Made by a program: the position numbers and the translations under genes. The notes below the pieces were generated by a model. The model was not told where the DNA came from, did no database searches, and saw only the letters and a program-made list of their open reading frames with translations. Of a DNA stretch of 64,000 nt, positions 7,923 through 16,855 are shown piece after piece (the stretch's first letter is position 1; the number at the start of each line of letters is the position of its first letter). Source of the stretch: an uncultured Gemmatimonadales bacterium (GTDB lineage: Bacteria > Gemmatimonadota > Gemmatimonadetes > Gemmatimonadales > GWC2-71-9). Location of the stretch: the NCBI GenBank assembly GCA_963695555.1, contig CAVOGR010000007.1, forward strand, positions 576,001-640,000. Reading direction: 5' to 3'.

Positions 7923-9631
7923 GAGTGAGCGCCGCTCGCAGCCTTCGGGTTGTGATTGGCCACGAGATTCCGTCCCGCCGCCTTCGCCTGATACAGTGCC
8001 CGGTCCGCCGTCACCAGCAAGTCGCCATCGACCGGACGGCGCGGATCGAATTCCGCAATCCCGATGCTCGCCGTCACCAGCCCCGAGGGATACCCCAGCC
8101 GGCGTCCTTCGCCCTCGATGCCGGCCCGGAGCGCCTCGGCCACCCGGCTCCCGCCGTGCAGATCGGTCCGGGTCAGGATGACCACGAACTCGTCGCCGCC
8201 GTAGCGGGCCGCCAAGTCCGACGCACGCACCGCTCCCCTCACCTCGCCCGCCACCGCACGCAAGACCTCGTTGCCGGCCTCGTGGCCGTACCGGTCGTTC
8301 AATTCCTTGAACCGATCGAGATCTATAAATAACACCGCGAAGCCTTCATTGCTTCGTTTGCTGCGCTCGATCTCGTAGCCCAGCCGCTCCCGCAGCACCT
8401 TGACCGTCGACAGCCCCGTCAACGGATCGGTGGCCGCCTCGCGCGTCGCCTCTTCGGCGCGGCGCTCCTGGTACGGCACGCACTGCCTGAGGGTGGCCCG
8501 CCCGAGCGCCGCCGCAACCGCGAAACGAGCGCAGGTATCGAACCCGCAGGCGCCGCAGTCCCAGGCCTTCCCGTTGGGCCCCGTGCCGATCGCATCCAGA
8601 ATGCCGGCGACGTCGCCGGCGTTCGAGTCCGGCACCCGGCTCTTGATGTCGAACACGGCGCCCACGCTGGCCACCACCGCGTTGTCCACCACCGGCGACG
8701 GACTCCGGGGCGGTTCCGTGCTGGCCACCACCGAGCGCCGCCAGAACAACTCCTCGCGCGGACCGGCCAACGGATGGTCCAGCGCGCCTTCTTGCGACAA
8801 CAGGTCCACGAATCCCAGGTCCAACCGGTCCACCGCCACGGCCCGAGCCAATGCCTTGATGGCCCAGAGACCGCGCATCTTCAGGAACTGCCCGCCCTGC
8901 TTGGCCTCGTCGAGGAGTACCAGCGGGAGACCGCCCGCGGCACTCAAGTGCCGGCGCCGCTCCTCGGGGATCCGGTCGAAATAATTCGGCTGGGCCAGGA
9001 CGTTCACGCCGCGCAGCCGGAAGATGTGCTCCAGGTCGTCGAACGTGATCGCCGCCGCCAGATTGGGATCCTCGATCGGCGGGCTGACCCCCACGTAAAC
9101 GATCTCAAGATTCGAGCCATAGCGGCCCTTCAGGTACCGTGCCTCGGCCACCGCGGGTATGGCAACCGGTGCCAGGTAGGGAATCAGCTCCGGGTACTCC
9201 CGTCGGATGGTCTCCACAACTACCGGGTCGGTGGACCGGATCAGGGTGCCCCAGTTCTCCTCGCGCCACAGCCTAAGGTATTCTGCGGCAACGAGTTCGT
9301 CGCCTATGACCCCGCGGTGGATGGTGCGGAAGCCTGCAACGTAGCACGCATTCACCACCTGCTCCGGGGTGGCCGGATAGAAGTGTGCCGCGGCCTCGGG
9401 GCTCAGGATCACCACCCCGTCCCCGCGGGCCGCCACGGCCAGCGCCCGGCCGATTTCGCCGCTCACATCGATGGCGTCGTGGGGGCAGGCCGGAACGCAC
9501 CGGCCGCAGCGGATACAGGCCTCATCCACCACCTGGACCACCGGTCCGGCGATCGCCACGGCATCGGTCGGGCAGACCCGGACACAGGCGAGGCAACCGA
9601 CGCAGCTGTCAGCGTTTACCGTGAATTTCAC
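7919..9631 (-). CDS. Diguanylate cyclase with N-terminal 2x[4Fe-4S] ferredoxin, [FeFe]-hydrogenase-like domain and extra Fe-S domain
   Basis: CVGCLACVRVCP and CIRCGRCVPACP; DCGACGFDTC..C; DPLTGL, FIDLDRFKELNDRYGH, RASD I-site and RYGGDEF. Confidence 0.85.
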   Translation of the reverse strand: MKFTVNADSCVGCLACVRVCPTDAVAIAGPVVQVVDEACIRCGRCVPACPHDAIDVSGEIGRALAVAARGDGVVILSPEAAAHFYPATPEQVVNACYVAGFRTIHRGVIGDELVAAEYLRLWREENWGTLIRSTDPVVVETIRREYPELIPYLAPVAIPAVAEARYLKGRYGSNLEIVYVGVSPPIEDPNLAAAITFDDLEHIFRLRGVNVLAQPNYFDRIPEERRRHLSAAGGLPLVLLDEAKQGGQFLKMRGLWAIKALARAVAVDRLDLGFVDLLSQEGALDHPLAGPREELFWRRSVVASTEPPRSPSPVVDNAVVASVGAVFDIKSRVPDSNAGDVAGILDAIGTGPNGKAWDCGACGFDTCARFAVAAALGRATLRQCVPYQERRAEEATREAATDPLTGLSTVKVLRERLGYEIERSKRSNEGFAVLFIDLDRFKELNDRYGHEAGNEVLRAVAGEVRGAVRASDLAARYGGDEFVVILTRTDLHGGSRVAEALRAGIEGEGRRLGYPSGLVTASIGIAEFDPRRPVDGDLLVTADRALYQAKAAGRNLVANHNPKAASGAHS

Positions 9632-9738
9632 GGATTGGGCATCGTGATGGGTCCAAGAGCAGGAGAAGTGCTAATATCGAGCTCCAAGGCTCCAGTGTCA
9701 AGAGAGATCGACCCTGCAAACCTTGGCACTACAGCAAC

Positions 9739-11241
9739 TTAGCCAAGGTGGTACGCTTTGATCTTGCGGTACAGGGTCCGTTCGCCTATTCCCAGCTCCT
9801 CCGCGGCCCTCCGGCGGTTCCCGTTGGCCTGCCTGAGGGCGGCCTCGATGGCGACTTTTTCGACGTCCGCCATGGTCATACCGGGTCGATAAATCACCTC
9901 TTCGGCCCCTTCAGGATCAACGGACAACACGTCGGCCACCAGGGCGTCATCGCCCAAATCGATGACCTGAATCCGCTCCGGGCGCTCGTCAATACGGCGT
10001 TGCAAGTCTCGGACCTGCATCCGTAACTCCATGATGCTACGGAAGATGAACTCGAGTTCCTGGGCGCCGACCTCGCCGCCTCCGGTATGGACCCGAACCG
10101 GCAGGAGGGTGTTGGGTCCTTCGAGGATGTCGGGTGGGATGTCGGCGGCGCGGATTTCGGTGCCCGGGGCCAGCACCACCATGGACTCGACCAGGTTCCG
10201 GAGCTGCCGCACGTTGCCAGGCCAGTCGGCCGCCACCAGGCGTTGCATGGCCTCCGGCGTAATGCCGCGGAAGTGCCGGTCGTGGGTCTTGCTCAGCTCC
10301 TTGATGAACCGGCGGACCAGGAGCGGGATGTCGCCGCGCCGCTCGCGCAACGGCGGCAGGTCGATGGTCAGGACGTTCAGGCGGTAGTAGAGGTCGTCGC
10401 GGAACTCGCCGAGCGAAACGGAATCTTTCAGGCTCTTGTTGGTGGCGGCCACCACCCGCACATCGACCTTGATGGACTCGATGCCGCCTAACCGGTAGAA
10501 GGTCCGGTTCTCGAGCACCCGCAGGAGCTTCACCTGAACGCTCGCCGGAATCTCACCGATCTCGTCGAGGAAGATGGTGCCGTGGTGTGCCAGCTCGAAG
10601 CGGCCCAGCCGTCGCTCGGCGGCGCCGGTAAAGGCCCCCTTCTCGTGGCCGAACAGCTCGGACTCGAGCAACGTCTCCGGCAAGGCGGAGCAGTTCACCG
10701 CGATGAACGGCTTGCCGCGGCGCGGCGAGAGGTCGTGCATGGCCTTGGCCACTAGCTCCTTGCCCGATCCCGACTCGCCCAGGATCAGCACCGTGCTCGA
10801 CACCGGCGCCATCTGCTCGATCTTGACCAGCACCTCCTGGATGGGCGGGCTCTCCCCGATGATGCCGGTGTGCTCCTGCAGCTCGCGCCGATCGATGACC
10901 CGCCGCGCCGCGGCCACGACATCGTCTACCGGGACCGGTTTGGTCATCACCTCCGTCATGCGCGGCCGGCCGGTCCGGTCCCGGCGCTGGGAGTCGGTCG
11001 GCTCCAACAGCGCCAGGGTCGAGATCTCGGCATCGTGCGCCAAGGCGGCCAAGTGGGCGGTGCGCGGTTCGTACACCGCACCGGTCACGATGATGAGCGC
11101 GGGCGCCTCACGCCGGACCACCTGGGCGGCGTTGTCGAGCGTGGAGAGCGTGGCGGTGCGGAAGCCCGCCGCTTCGAGTGCCGCGTTCAGCGGGACGGCC
11201 GTTTCGAGATCGTCCAGCGTCAAGAGGATCTTGGTTGCCAT
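9739..11241 (-). CDS. Sigma-54-dependent transcriptional activator (NtrC-like, atypical receiver)
   Basis: GESGSGKE, ESELFGHEKGAFTGA, FLDEIG, WPGNVRQL, Fis HTH GNRRRAAEELGIGERTLYRKI. Confidence 0.9.
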   Translation of the reverse strand: MATKILLTLDDLETAVPLNAALEAAGFRTATLSTLDNAAQVVRREAPALIIVTGAVYEPRTAHLAALAHDAEISTLALLEPTDSQRRDRTGRPRMTEVMTKPVPVDDVVAAARRVIDRRELQEHTGIIGESPPIQEVLVKIEQMAPVSSTVLILGESGSGKELVAKAMHDLSPRRGKPFIAVNCSALPETLLESELFGHEKGAFTGAAERRLGRFELAHHGTIFLDEIGEIPASVQVKLLRVLENRTFYRLGGIESIKVDVRVVAATNKSLKDSVSLGEFRDDLYYRLNVLTIDLPPLRERRGDIPLLVRRFIKELSKTHDRHFRGITPEAMQRLVAADWPGNVRQLRNLVESMVVLAPGTEIRAADIPPDILEGPNTLLPVRVHTGGGEVGAQELEFIFRSIMELRMQVRDLQRRIDERPERIQVIDLGDDALVADVLSVDPEGAEEVIYRPGMTMADVEKVAIEAALRQANGNRRRAAEELGIGERTLYRKIKAYHLG

Positions 11242-11243
11242 GG

Positions 11244-11729
11244 TCAGTGTTCCGTGCGGCGATTCCGGACCAGGTCCACCGAGTGATCGATCAGCGGCTC
11301 GAGGACCTGAAGCCCGTCCTTCACGCCGTTGGGACTCCCGGGCAGGTTGACGATCAAGGTCTGGTTTCGGATACCGGCAACGCCCCGCGAAAGGGCCGCG
11401 CGTGGGAACCGAGGGTAGGCGCTCAGGCGGAGCGCCTCCGCAATTCCGGGCGCCTCCTTTTCCACCACGCTCAGCGTGGCCTCGGGAGTCACGTCACGCG
11501 GCGTGAGCCCGGTGCCGCCCGTGGTCAGGATCACGTCGGCTTGGTCGGTATCGGCCCATTCCGACAGGGTCGTCACGATCGGGAGCGTCTCGTCGGGCAC
11601 GATCGAGCGCACCGTGGCCTGGTAGCCTCGTGCACTCGCCCATGCCGCAATCGCGTCGCCGGAGGTGTCCTCGCGGTTGCCACGGCTGCCGGCATCGGAC
11701 ACGGTGAGAATCGCGATGCGGATTGTCAG
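11244..11729 (-). CDS. mog: Molybdopterin adenylyltransferase, MogA/MoaB family
   Basis: [10 protein letters not shown]...REDTSG...IVPDE...[17 protein letters not shown]...[13 protein letters not shown]; start codon unclear (CTG 11729 or GTG 11702). Confidence 0.85.
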   Translation of the reverse strand: MTIRIAILTVSDAGSRGNREDTSGDAIAAWASARGYQATVRSIVPDETLPIVTTLSEWADTDQADVILTTGGTGLTPRDVTPEATLSVVEKEAPGIAEALRLSAYPRFPRAALSRGVAGIRNQTLIVNLPGSPNGVKDGLQVLEPLIDHSVDLVRNRRTEH

Positions 11730-11730
11730 C

Positions 11731-12843
11731 TCACTTCCCCTTCTTGACCGACCCCTCGGTGTAGAACGGCCGCTTGACCACGGTCGCGGGAAGGCGCGTG
11801 CCGCGGCACTCCACCTCGAACTCGGTGCCGGCCTTGGCCGCGGCTGCCGGCAGGTACGTGGTCCCGATGGGGATCCCCAGCGTCGGGCTCATGGCCCCGC
11901 TCCGGACGACGTCGACCTTGCGGTTCTGGTGATAGACCGGATAGCCGTGCCGGGGGAGGGCTTTGCCGGCGAGCGTGAAGCAGACCAGCTTCCGCGTGAC
12001 GCCGCGTTCCTTCTGTGACTTGAGCGCCTCGCGCCCGACGAACGGCGCACCTTTGTCCAGCTTCACGATCCAGCCGAGCGCGGCCTCGAGCGGAGTCACC
12101 GTGTCGTCGATGTCGCTGCCGTAGAGCGCGTACGCCACTTCGAGGCGCAGGGTGTCGCGCGCACCGAGGCCGATGGGGGCGGCTTTCCCCTGACCCACGA
12201 GCGGTCGCCAGATGGTCTCCGTGTCGCGAGCGCGGCAGTAGATCTCGAAGCCGTCCTCGCCGGTATACCCGGTGCGCGAGACGAAGCACTGGCAGCCGGC
12301 GACGCTGATGGTATCGAAGTGGTAGTAGGCGATGCCGGACAGCGTCGTCTCAGTCTCCGCTTGGAGCACCGCTTCAGCCCGCGGCCCCTGCAGCGCCAGC
12401 AGCCCCACGTCATCGGAAATGTTCTTGAGCCTCACATTGGCGCCGCCCTTGTGGCCCACCACGTAGTCCCAGTCCTTGGCGATGTTGGCGGCGTTCACCA
12501 CCAGCATCAGCTTGTCATCGAACCGGTAGACGGTGCAGTCGTCGACGAAGGTCCCTTCGGGCGTGAGCATGGCCGAGTATTGCACTTCGCCCGGTGCGAG
12601 TGCTGCGATATCGTTGCAGGTGATCCGGTTGACGAAGGCGTTCCGGTCGGGGCCGGTGACCTCGAACTCGCCCATGTGGGACACGTCGAAGATGCCGACG
12701 TCGGTGCGTACGCTGTGATGTTCCGCCATGATGCCGGTGTACTGCACCGGCATGGCGTACCCGGCAAACGGCACCATCTTGGCGCCGAGCGCGACGTGCG
12801 CCTGGTAGAGCGGGGTGTGCAGCAACGTTCCAGTATCCGCCAT
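11731..12843 (-). CDS. gcvT: Glycine cleavage system aminomethyltransferase T
   Basis: LHTPLY...[48 protein letters not shown]. Confidence 0.95.
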   Translation of the reverse strand: MADTGTLLHTPLYQAHVALGAKMVPFAGYAMPVQYTGIMAEHHSVRTDVGIFDVSHMGEFEVTGPDRNAFVNRITCNDIAALAPGEVQYSAMLTPEGTFVDDCTVYRFDDKLMLVVNAANIAKDWDYVVGHKGGANVRLKNISDDVGLLALQGPRAEAVLQAETETTLSGIAYYHFDTISVAGCQCFVSRTGYTGEDGFEIYCRARDTETIWRPLVGQGKAAPIGLGARDTLRLEVAYALYGSDIDDTVTPLEAALGWIVKLDKGAPFVGREALKSQKERGVTRKLVCFTLAGKALPRHGYPVYHQNRKVDVVRSGAMSPTLGIPIGTTYLPAAAAKAGTEFEVECRGTRLPATVVKRPFYTEGSVKKGK

Positions 12844-12854
12844 GCGTATCTCCG

Positions 12855-13754
12855 CTAGCCCATCAGGGTGCTCATGATGGCCTTCTGAACGTGGAGCCGG
12901 TTCTCGGCCTCGTCCCACACTTTCGACTGCGGCCCTTCGAACACCGCCTCGGTCACTTCTTCGCCGCGGTGGGCCGGCAGGCAGTGCAGGAAGATGGCGG
13001 ACGGGTCGGCCAGCGCCATCAAATCTTCGTCCACCACATAGCCTCGGAACGAGATCTTCCTGGCTTCCGCTTCGCCTTCCTGCCCCATCGAGGCCCACAC
13101 ATCGGTGGTGAGCACATGGGCGCCCTCCGCAGCTTCATCGGGGTCCTCGGTGATGCTGACCGTGGTGCGCCGCTGGGCGTCCTCGAAGATGTGGTGATTC
13201 GGCTCGTAGCCTTCGGGGCAGGCGAGCCGGAGCTCGAAACCGAGGGCCGCGGCCGCATTGAGCCAACTGTTGGCCATGTTGTTCCCGTCGCCGATCCAGG
13301 CCACCACCTTGCCTTCCCAGCCGCCGAGTGCTTCCTGCACGGTCATGAGGTCGGCCATGACCTGGCACGGGTGGAGCAGGTCGGTGAGTCCGTTGATGAC
13401 CGGCACCGAGGCAAAGCGGGCCAGCTCTTCGACGTCTTCCTGGGCGAAGGTGCGGATCATGAGGCCGTCGACGTAGCGCGACAGCACCCGCGCCGTGTCG
13501 CGGATGGGCTCGCCCCGACCGAGTTGGATGTCGCGCGACGACAGGAACAGCGCGTGGCCGCCGAGTTGGGAGGCGCCCACCTCGAACGAGACCCGGGTCC
13601 GGGTGGAACTCTTGGCGAAGATCATTCCCAAGGTCTTGCCCGCCAACGGTTTCCCTCGCTCTTCGCCGCGTTTCATCCGGGCGGCCAGCTGGAGGACCTG
13701 ATGGAGTTCTGCCTTGGTGAAGTCGGTGACGGCGAGGAAGTCGCGCTTCGACAT
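12855..13754 (-). CDS. argF: Ornithine carbamoyltransferase
   Basis: SSTRTRVSF, HPCQ, DVWASMG, HCLPAHRGEEV and AENRLH motifs. Confidence 0.95.
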   Translation of the reverse strand: MSKRDFLAVTDFTKAELHQVLQLAARMKRGEERGKPLAGKTLGMIFAKSSTRTRVSFEVGASQLGGHALFLSSRDIQLGRGEPIRDTARVLSRYVDGLMIRTFAQEDVEELARFASVPVINGLTDLLHPCQVMADLMTVQEALGGWEGKVVAWIGDGNNMANSWLNAAAALGFELRLACPEGYEPNHHIFEDAQRRTTVSITEDPDEAAEGAHVLTTDVWASMGQEGEAEARKISFRGYVVDEDLMALADPSAIFLHCLPAHRGEEVTEAVFEGPQSKVWDEAENRLHVQKAIMSTLMG

Positions 13755-13978
13755 GTTGAAAACCGCGTTGGAGCGAGGGAAACAGTCAAATTGGCAGGAC
13801 AATTTTAGTCGGCTGCCGGGGGCGGGGGCAAGGCATCATGCTGTGGTCGGTGGGGGCGCAGTGCCTGGAAGCGCCCGAGGGCGGGGGTCCGCCCGGTAGG
13901 GGTGAGCAGGGCGTGCTTGCCTCGTGGGTCGACTATCGAACCACGAGCCCTACCGGACGGATTTTCGCGGGCGGCCGG

Positions 13979-15013
13979 TCACGACCCCGGAACGGGGTGG
14001 ACAACCAGGTTGCCGCCGATGATCTCCTTCTTACACATCTGCTTCGGTTCCAGCGACAGATCCAGCACCGTTCCCGGGGCTAGCCACTTCCAAGCGATGC
14101 CGTCTCCATTTGTGCCGGGGGTGCCTACATCGTGCACCTTGACCAGCACGACCTGACCGACGCGCGGGTCCTTGCCGGGGATGCCACCCGGGCCGCCATG
14201 CCCGCCGTCGCTTCCGCCTCCGGCACAGCCACCGTCGTCGTGGCCACCGTCGCTGCCGCCATCACTGCAACCACCATCGTCGTGGCTGCCGTCGCTGCAA
14301 CCGCCGTCACTACCGCCGTCACTGCAACCACCATCGTCGTGGCTGCCGTCGCTGCAACCGCCGTCACTACCGCCGTCACTGCAACCACCATCGTCGTGGC
14401 TGCCGTCACTGGCGCCATCACTGCAATCACCATCGTCGTGGCTGCCGTCGCTGCAGCCACCGTCACTGCCGCCGCTACTGCCGCCACCGCTACACCCACC
14501 GTCGTCGTGGCTGCCGTCGTCGCCGCAACCCCCATCGTCGTGGCTGCACCCGTCATCCCCGTCACACGACCCACCGCTGCAGATCTTGACATCCGAGATC
14601 ACCAGGCCCGCAAACCAGGCTTTGTTCTGGCTCACGTCGACCACGGCATCGGTTACCGTGGCAATGATCTCGCGATGGGCCGTACTATCGGCGTTGAGCA
14701 CCCGATAGATGAACGTCCCGCGAACGGGCTGCGCCGTCGTCGCCGGGAAGGCATTGAAGTCGGCGAACGCCAGCTTCTCTTCACCCGGCGGTATTACTCG
14801 GCCCATGCCGCCGGGCCATACGACTTGGACCAACCCGGTAGCCTTGGGGGCTGCGGCCGGACCGGCCGCCAATTGCAGCAAGTCGCCACTCGATGCGGCG
14901 TTGGTACCGAACGGCTGCTCGCCGCCGCAGCCGGCGAGGAGCAGCACGCTCACGAGGAAGGTGCCGGCGGGAAGCCCTCGCCACCGGCCAAAGGTCGTCT
15001 GCATGATTGTCAC
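13979..15013 (-). CDS. Putative lipoprotein with internal Gly/Ser/Asp/Cys/His repeat tract
   Basis: Lipobox LLLAGC; about 135-aa tract with 13 Cys and 7 HDDG(G/D)C motifs, inserted between beta-strand-like segments AWFAGLVISD and VGQVVLVKVHDVGTPG. Confidence 0.75.
   Translation of the reverse strand: MTIMQTTFGRWRGLPAGTFLVSVLLLAGCGGEQPFGTNAASSGDLLQLAAGPAAAPKATGLVQVVWPGGMGRVIPPGEEKLAFADFNAFPATTAQPVRGTFIYRVLNADSTAHREIIATVTDAVVDVSQNKAWFAGLVISDVKICSGGSCDGDDGCSHDDGGCGDDGSHDDGGCSGGGSSGGSDGGCSDGSHDDGDCSDGASDGSHDDGGCSDGGSDGGCSDGSHDDGGCSDGGSDGGCSDGSHDDGGCSDGGSDGGHDDGGCAGGGSDGGHGGPGGIPGKDPRVGQVVLVKVHDVGTPGTNGDGIAWKWLAPGTVLDLSLEPKQMCKKEIIGGNLVVHPVPGS
14262..14408. repeat. 57-nt tandem repeat (about 2.5 exact copies) within a larger degenerate repeat (~14215-14580)
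   Basis: Unit TCACTGCAACCACCATCGTCGTGGCTGCCGTCGCTGCAACCGCCGTCACTACCGCCG starts at 14262, 14319 and 14376; encodes GGSDGGCSDGSHDDGGCSD on the minus strand. Confidence 0.9.
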
Positions 15014-15160
15014 CCCTTTCCTGTGCAGTGGCCCTGCTCAGTTTCGCAAGGACCGGGGCCTTGGAGTGTCCACCCGGGGCCGCCGCTGACTGGCGACCCC
15101 GGGCACGCGTTCGTTACTCCTCTCTCCCTGCTCTCATGTCGGTTGCTTAAGTAAGGGCGC

Positions 15161-16419
15161 TCACGGCTTGCCGCCGCCCTTGCCGCCACCGCCACCGCCA
15201 CCGCCGCCACCGCCTCGCTCGAGGATCCGGACGTCGATGTAGGTCAGGTTGTTGAAGAAGTCGAGCTGACCCACGGCCCCGCCGCCGGACCCGTCATCCG
15301 CGGCGACGACCACTTCCTCAGCAGGCTGCATGATTTCGGTCACGCCGTCGACGAAGAAGGTGTTGAGCGTGGCCGCGCCGCAGACCTGATCGAAGCTGAA
15401 CGTGGCGCGGTAGTCGCCCGCTCCTTCGTCATTGAGTCGGCGCACGTTCCAGGTATAGCCGTAGATGATCTTGCCCTTGACGTTGATCTCGGCCGAGTAG
15501 TACCCCGGTCCGTCGGCGCCGAGGTAGACGGCGTCGTTGAAGATGGGAGGGTTGACGAGATCGGGCCCCTGTGGGTCCGCCTCGGTCCATCCTTGTTCCG
15601 GTACCCAGAGGAAGTCGGTCGGGACCACGTCCTCACGCAGGATGCGGAGCTTCTGGATGGTGAGCCGCGCGCAGGGTGAGTAGACCGTTGCCTGCGTGCC
15701 CGGTCCGAGCATAGGCACACCGGCCAAGTCCGCGGCCAGGCCGTGGGCTTCGTCGATGCCCCAGCCTGAGGTGTGCCGCATCTCATACTGGAGCATGGGG
15801 GTCAACAGGTCTTGGTACAGCACCACTTCGGTGCGAACCTGCGAGCTGGTGTACCAGTCATTCGATTCCAGGTTGTCGCCCCAGTCGATCCAGTTCACCG
15901 CGACCGGGCTCCCGCTCCAGTCCGCCGATTCGGCCTGCCAGAGGTTGCCGGCATCCTTCTGGAGGTAGGCCTTGGCCAGGGGGAGTGGTTGTCCGCAATC
16001 GGCTGGCCGGCTTCGAGGTTCAGGTCGACCGCGCCCGGCACACCGTCATCGCAGAGCGGCAGGCCGGCCGGGTTGAGCACTGGGTCGGACTCGTCCGGGT
16101 CCGGCATGCAACTGGCCGGGACCACGTCCGGGTCCGTTCCGTTCGTGCCCCACTGATACCACCACTCGCCGGTCAGGACCGGAACCATCCCAGGCGTACC
16201 GGGCGGGGTCTTGATGACGCCCTCGGCCCAGATGACCGGGAAGGACAGGTTGTTGCCGGCCGTCTCGCCGCCGGGCTTCCCCCCACCGCCCCCACCGCCA
16301 CCACCGCCTTTAGCGAAGGCAGGCACGTCGGGGTCGGTCATCGACCCGTCCTTACACGCCACGGTCAGGGCCGCGGCGAGCGCCACGACGGCCGTCGCGC
16401 CATAGCGTAGCCACTTCAT
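15161..16419 (-). CDS. Putative acidic lipoprotein with poly-Gly linkers at both ends (one frameshift near 15988)
   Basis: MKWLRYG...ALTVAC lipobox; ORFs 15895-16449 and 15161-15898 join as IADN-PLPLAKAYLQKDAGNLWQAES...VNWIDWGDNLE if one C is restored. Confidence 0.7.
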
Positions 16420-16727
16420 CGCTCCCCTCCTTGTCAGAGTCACGCACACCCTCGCGGTCGGCAGCCCACTCCGGTCGAGCGCGAGCGCGTCAGGGCGAGG
16501 GGGAGGGACGAGGGGGATTAGGTGGGTATTCGACCGCGCTCAACCACGCGCCCGCTGGACCGTGCGTTAGTGGGCTGTGGAGCAGTTGCTTGGGCAAGTC
16601 GCGTGCTTGCACGGGCCCGGTCATGAGACGGCTGCGCAAGACGTTCAGAACCAATGAATTCGAACCTTGTGACGTGGCCCTACCACTCACATCGATGTGT
16701 CAGATGAGGACCAACGGGCTCAGATCT

Positions 16728-16746
16728 ATGTCGCTTATTACGACAT
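16728..16746. promoter_or_regulatory. Palindrome ATGTCG-N7-CGACAT, candidate enhancer (UAS) for the adjacent sigma-54 activator
   Basis: Perfect 6-bp inverted repeat of TGT-N11-ACA form in the AT-rich divergent intergenic region. Confidence 0.45.
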
Positions 16747-16855
16747 TCGAGGCAGTAATTCGATCTCTTTATTGCCCTTTATGGGAAATAGTGCGACATT
16801 GGCGGTACTCAGGACGCTGGTTTTGCGAACCCCTGACTCACCTGGGAATGATCCC

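Noticed and set aside
7919..9631. Functional [FeFe]-hydrogenase
   Set aside because: The H-cluster cysteine motifs are absent from the central domain, and there are no maturase genes in the window.
9658..9673. Sigma-54-like element TAGCACTTCTCCTGCT upstream of the GGDEF gene
   Set aside because: It lacks the invariant GG at -24; too weak to call.
14215..14580. Possible CRISPR array
   Set aside because: The repeats are contiguous, in-frame codon repeats without unique spacers, and there are no cas genes.
14125..15154. Overlapping Ala/Thr/Val-rich and Pro/Ser-rich ORFs (14132-15154 +, 14172-14708 +, 14125-14592 -)
   Set aside because: These are shadow frames of the repeat. The 13979-15013 minus frame has a lipobox, an RBS and operon context.
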